A stretch of 58,612 bases of DNA from a virus, in the IMG/VR virus record IMGVR_UViG_3300045988_050777; one strand, 5' to 3'. A model generated the notes under the pieces. It was given only the letters and a program-made list of their open reading frames with translations, did not search any database and was not told the DNA's origin. A program made the translations under genes and the position numbers. The stretch's first letter is position 1, and the number at the start of each line of letters is the position of its first letter. Shown here in pieces: positions 55,744 to 58,612 of the stretch.

Positions 55744-56130
55744 ATGATTGAAGATTTTGAAGATGAGCTGGATTCCAACGCTGGAGATAGTGATCTGTTT
55801 GATTGCGAATACTCCAGCGTGGATGCCCTAATTAATGAAGTGATCGTATTCACTGGCGTAAAGTCTGATGTGCAGACAGAGAACGGAACGAGAACGCTTG
55901 TTGCTTTTGGTGAGTGTGCAGGAAGATCCGCATTTTTCACCGATAGCAAGAGGCTGAAAGATGTGGTTTGCAATCCAAACCGAACATTCCCATTCCGTGC
56001 TATCATTAAGGTAGTGCGCTTTGGAAATAACACTGGATTCAAGTTCTTTTCTCCGAAGTCAAAGATCACGCAAGAGGATAAGGATAACTTCGAGTATTAC
56101 AAACGTAACAAGTATAGAAGAAAAAGGTAA
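55744..56130 (+). CDS. Hypothetical protein (acidic N-terminus, basic C-terminus)
   Basis: ATG at 55744. 128 aa. Confidence 0.4.
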   Translation: MIEDFEDELDSNAGDSDLFDCEYSSVDALINEVIVFTGVKSDVQTENGTRTLVAFGECAGRSAFFTDSKRLKDVVCNPNRTFPFRAIIKVVRFGNNTGFKFFSPKSKITQEDKDNFEYYKRNKYRRKR

Positions 56131-56639
56131 TGAATGACTGGAAAGAAATTTTACTTGCCTTTGCCTCCGTAGTAACAGCACTTGGCGGATTGGAGTTCTT
56201 AAAGTATCTTCTTAACAGGAAAAATATAAACCGTGTTACAGCGGCAGATGCTTTTAAGGCGGAATATAAGTCTATCATTGAGGATTACCATAGGGTAAGA
56301 AAAGAGGTAGATGATGCAAAAAGGGAAATTTCATCTCTGAACGAGAAAGTGGATGAGCTATACAGGCAAGTACGCTCACTTGAAAATGAGAGGCTGGATC
56401 TGATCAAGAGAAATGCGGAGTTGGAACTTGCGCTAAGAGAGGCACGACACAATGAATGTGTCAGACCTGATGATGAGTGCTTTAAGGGTAGGCTACCTAA
56501 AAGGACTTATTGCCGATTGAAAAAACTTGCCTCTGGAGATTATGATGCTTTCTATGAAGATGATGATATAACTGAAAACAAGAAGAGCAATGCAGAGAAT
56601 AAGGATAGCGGAGTATCTAAAAAGTCTGATAAGGGCTAA
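56130..56639 (+). CDS. Membrane-anchored coiled-coil protein (lysis accessory, possibly spanin- or holin-associated)
   Basis: N-terminal TM helix, then coiled coil. Lies upstream of the holin-like gene and the amidase. Confidence 0.4.
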   Translation: MNDWKEILLAFASVVTALGGLEFLKYLLNRKNINRVTAADAFKAEYKSIIEDYHRVRKEVDDAKREISSLNEKVDELYRQVRSLENERLDLIKRNAELELALREARHNECVRPDDECFKGRLPKRTYCRLKKLASGDYDAFYEDDDITENKKSNAENKDSGVSKKSDKG

Positions 56640-56886
56640 TACGCTTGATAGTAGCAAATCCTTTGCGCTTGTACTATCAATTCTGGTAGGTGCGTTTATC
56701 GGGCTGTGTGTCGGATTTTGCCTTATATGGGATGTATGCACCAACGGCTATCTGAAAACAGATCTTGATGCTCTTGGAGTATTCATGCTCTGTATCGGTG
56801 GTTTCATGGCTGGCGGTGGAATAAATAAAGCAATTAGTGAACGAAGCAAAAAAGGAAAGGAACAAAACAATGTTGGTACTGATTGA
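56590..56886 (+). CDS. Putative holin
   Basis: 98 aa with two TM helices and a charged C-terminus. Immediately before the endolysin. Confidence 0.5.
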   Translation: MQRIRIAEYLKSLIRANTLDSSKSFALVLSILVGAFIGLCVGFCLIWDVCTNGYLKTDLDALGVFMLCIGGFMAGGGINKAISERSKKGKEQNNVGTD

Positions 56887-57466
56887 TAACGGGCACGGTG
56901 AAAATACACCGGGCAAAAGATCTCCAAAATGGGCTGATGGCTCACAGTTGTTTGAATGGCAGTATGCCAGAGAAGTAGCAAACGCTGTATATAACCAGCT
57001 TATCGCAAAAGGTGTGGATTGCGAGTTACTGGTTAAGGAAAGTGTAGATGTACCGCTGGCAGAGAGAGCCAGAAGAGCCAATGAAGCGGCTGCAAAACAT
57101 GGTAAGAGCAAGACTATCCTTGTATCTATCCATGTAAACGCTTCCAATGGAAAGGGTACAGGCTGGGAGATACACACCTATCCCGGAAAAACAAAAGCCG
57201 ATGATCTTGCGCAGATCTTCTGGGACACCGCAAAAGAAATGTTCGGTAATGACTGGAAGATCCGTGGTGATTGGAGCGATGGGGACGGTGATTGGGAAAG
57301 CAATTTCTACATTCTCCGAAAAACCACTTGCCCGGCTGTACTTACAGAAAACTTCTTCATGGATAACGAAAGGGATTGCAAGTTTCTTCTTTCCCCGGAG
57401 GGCAAGGCGGCTGTTGTGAAACTTCATGTGGATTCAATAACCAAATACATTGAGAAGTATGCGTAA
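56870..57466 (+). CDS. Endolysin, N-acetylmuramoyl-L-alanine amidase
   Basis: ATG at 56870. LIDNGHGENTPGKRSP, VSIHVNAS and ENFFMDN. Confidence 0.8.
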   Translation: MLVLIDNGHGENTPGKRSPKWADGSQLFEWQYAREVANAVYNQLIAKGVDCELLVKESVDVPLAERARRANEAAAKHGKSKTILVSIHVNASNGKGTGWEIHTYPGKTKADDLAQIFWDTAKEMFGNDWKIRGDWSDGDGDWESNFYILRKTTCPAVLTENFFMDNERDCKFLLSPEGKAAVVKLHVDSITKYIEKYA

Positions 57467-58094
57467 GTATGTAATCATAGCGTTTGCCGTTCTTTTGGCG
57501 GCAATCGCTTTCCTATCACACCGTGTCCGATCGCTCCAAACGGAGCGTGACAGACTACAGAACAACCAGACAGCACTGCTGGAGGATGTAGCCTACTACA
57601 AGACAGAATCCGGCAAGTATGCCGCATCCGTTCAATCATTGGAGTTGTCTAAGTCGGAGCTACAGAAACATTGCGATGAGCTTGTTAAGACGGTTGAGGA
57701 TCTCAATGTGAAGATAAAGCGCATCCAGTCTGTTTCAACGACTGCAACGAAAACGGAAGTGCCGATAAAGACGGAAGTACGGGATAGCATAGTTTACCGT
57801 GTGCCGGATAGTTTGAAGTTGCTTCCAGTTCGCCCTACCTTGATAGACACATTGAAAAGGATCACATTCAAAGATCCGTGGGTTGAGCTTGACGGTACTA
57901 TTGACAAAGGTATGTTTACTGGCAGGATTCAAACAGTAGATACGCTCATTCAGGTAGTACATAGAGTGCCGCATCAATGGTGGTTCTTCAAATGGGGGAC
58001 AAAAGCCATAAGGCAGGAGATAAGAAGCTCCAGCCCGTACACCAAGATAGTTTACTCTGAATACATAGAGTTGAAACGAAAGAAGAAGAAATAA
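57450..58094 (+). CDS. Membrane-anchored coiled-coil lysis protein (spanin-like)
   Basis: N-terminal TM helix VIIAFAVLLAAIAFL, then coiled coil. Last gene of the late operon. Confidence 0.45.
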   Translation: MRSMRKYVIIAFAVLLAAIAFLSHRVRSLQTERDRLQNNQTALLEDVAYYKTESGKYAASVQSLELSKSELQKHCDELVKTVEDLNVKIKRIQSVSTTATKTEVPIKTEVRDSIVYRVPDSLKLLPVRPTLIDTLKRITFKDPWVELDGTIDKGMFTGRIQTVDTLIQVVHRVPHQWWFFKWGTKAIRQEIRSSSPYTKIVYSEYIELKRKKKK

Positions 58095-58118
58095 TTTGTG
58101 GAACATAAGAACTTTTTG

Positions 58119-58157
58119 AGCCGTGCCAACTGTGAAGTCCGCACGGCTTGTTTATTT
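58119..58157 (+). terminator. Rho-independent terminator of the late operon
   Basis: 8-bp stem AGCCGTGC/GCACGGCT followed by TGTTTATTT. Confidence 0.65.
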
Positions 58158-58170
58158 GGAATGGAATGCC

Positions 58171-58178
58171 TATCTTTG
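58171..58178 (+). promoter_or_regulatory. -7 box TATCTTTG in noncoding DNA upstream of the structured region and tRNA
   Basis: Same octamer as the int promoter box (gcctatctttgc). Confidence 0.4.
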
Positions 58179-58262
58179 CACCATCCGATCCGAAATCGGT
58201 GTTGCATTAGAAATCCTCTGCCGCTTTCGGGTGACAGGGGATTTTCCATAGAAATTGCAGAA

Positions 58263-58281
58263 GTTCTACAATAGTTCTACA
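58263..58281 (+). promoter_or_regulatory. Pair of GTTCTACA direct repeats (58263..58270, 58274..58281), candidate integrase arm-type sites
   Basis: Same 8-mer pair and 11-bp phasing as at 72..90. Confidence 0.4.
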
Positions 58282-58430
58282 GAAAATCAAAAAAGCCTTG
58301 CAAGTGGTTGATTTACAAGAATAGGACATAAGTTTCCTAAACGTATGGCAGGGGGCAAGGCACAAAAAAGATGAGGTGAGCCGGATTCACCAAGTAAACA
58401 AATCCGGCAAGCCTCTTGAAATTTACATAA

Positions 58431-58502
58431 GGCTCTGTAGTTCAACGGATAGAACGGCGGTTTCCTAAACCGCAAATATGGGTTCGATTCCCATCGGAGC
58501 TA
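58431..58502 (+). tRNA. tRNA-Arg (anticodon CCT)
   Basis: Hand-folded cloverleaf, 72 nt. D-stem GTTC/GAAC, anticodon stem GCGGT/ACCGC with loop TTCCTAA, T-arm ATGGG-TTCGATT-CCCAT. The acceptor stem has two G-T pairs. Confidence 0.75.
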
Positions 58503-58513
58503 CTTTTTCGCCC

Positions 58514-58612
58514 ACTCTTTTAGCAAGGGTGGGCGTTTTCTTTTCCGCATTTACAGCAAAAAAAGCCTATCTTTGCGGTACAAAGTTCTACAAATGTTCT
58601 ACAGAAAAAAGA
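58514..58612. repeat. 99-bp direct terminal repeat, right copy
   Basis: Identical to 1..99. Contains the integrase promoter region. Confidence 0.95.

Larger units (their letters stand above)
1..58513. mobile_element. Complete temperate siphovirus-like phage genome (Bacteroidota-type); unique length 58,513 bp
   Basis: Integrase, CI/Cro switch, recombination/replication genes, then terminase-portal-capsid-tail-TMP-fibre-lysis order. Identical 99-bp ends. TAnnTTTG promoter boxes. Confidence 0.8.

Noticed and set aside
58287-58475. 62-aa minus-strand ORF
   Set aside because: It runs antisense through the tRNA-Arg gene and the hairpin-rich noncoding DNA.

Overview
The window appears to be a complete temperate siphovirus-like phage genome of a Bacteroidota host. 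Supporting signs are TAnnTTTG -7 promoter boxes, no Shine-Dalgarno sequences and about 43-45% GC. The first and last 99 bp are identical, so the unique genome is 58,513 bp and is probably a circular or terminally redundant assembly. Gene order runs as follows. A tyrosine integrase sits beside a full tRNA-Arg(CCT), the likely attP. Next come a 12-copy iteron array with an AT-rich tract and a leftward lysogeny operon (CI/S24 repressor). A long rightward early operon carries a Rad50-like ATPase, RecT, an MBL nuclease, a NinB-like protein, a DnaC-like loader, MazG, Dam, two ParB-like proteins, a DEDD exonuclease and a RuvC-like resolvase. Packaging genes follow (TerS, TerL, portal, and a minor head protein fused to an ADP-ribosyltransferase domain). 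A 5.8-kb leftward accessory island interrupts the structural genes and carries an ADP-ribosylglycohydrolase, a ParA-like ATPase and ORFans. Head, tail, tape-measure and fibre genes, a diversity-generating retroelement (DGR) and a lysis cassette complete the genome. The main finding is the DGR. It has an RT at 54161..55348 and a 108-bp TR at 53903..54010, and it has two variable repeats. VR1 lies in the adjacent target gene. VR2 lies in a small early-operon gene at 9140..9784. All 12 (VR1) and all 8 (VR2) mismatches to the TR fall on TR adenines, and no Avd-like gene is visible. Other leads are an ART/ARH writer-eraser pair, a ParA-like gene followed by tandem 12-bp repeats, a recurring GTGTT-N5-AACAC palindrome at seven operon starts, a 41-bp palindrome in the lysogeny switch, and a canonical -1 slippery site in the tail chaperone genes. 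All functional calls rest on motifs read by eye and on synteny. No database search was run.
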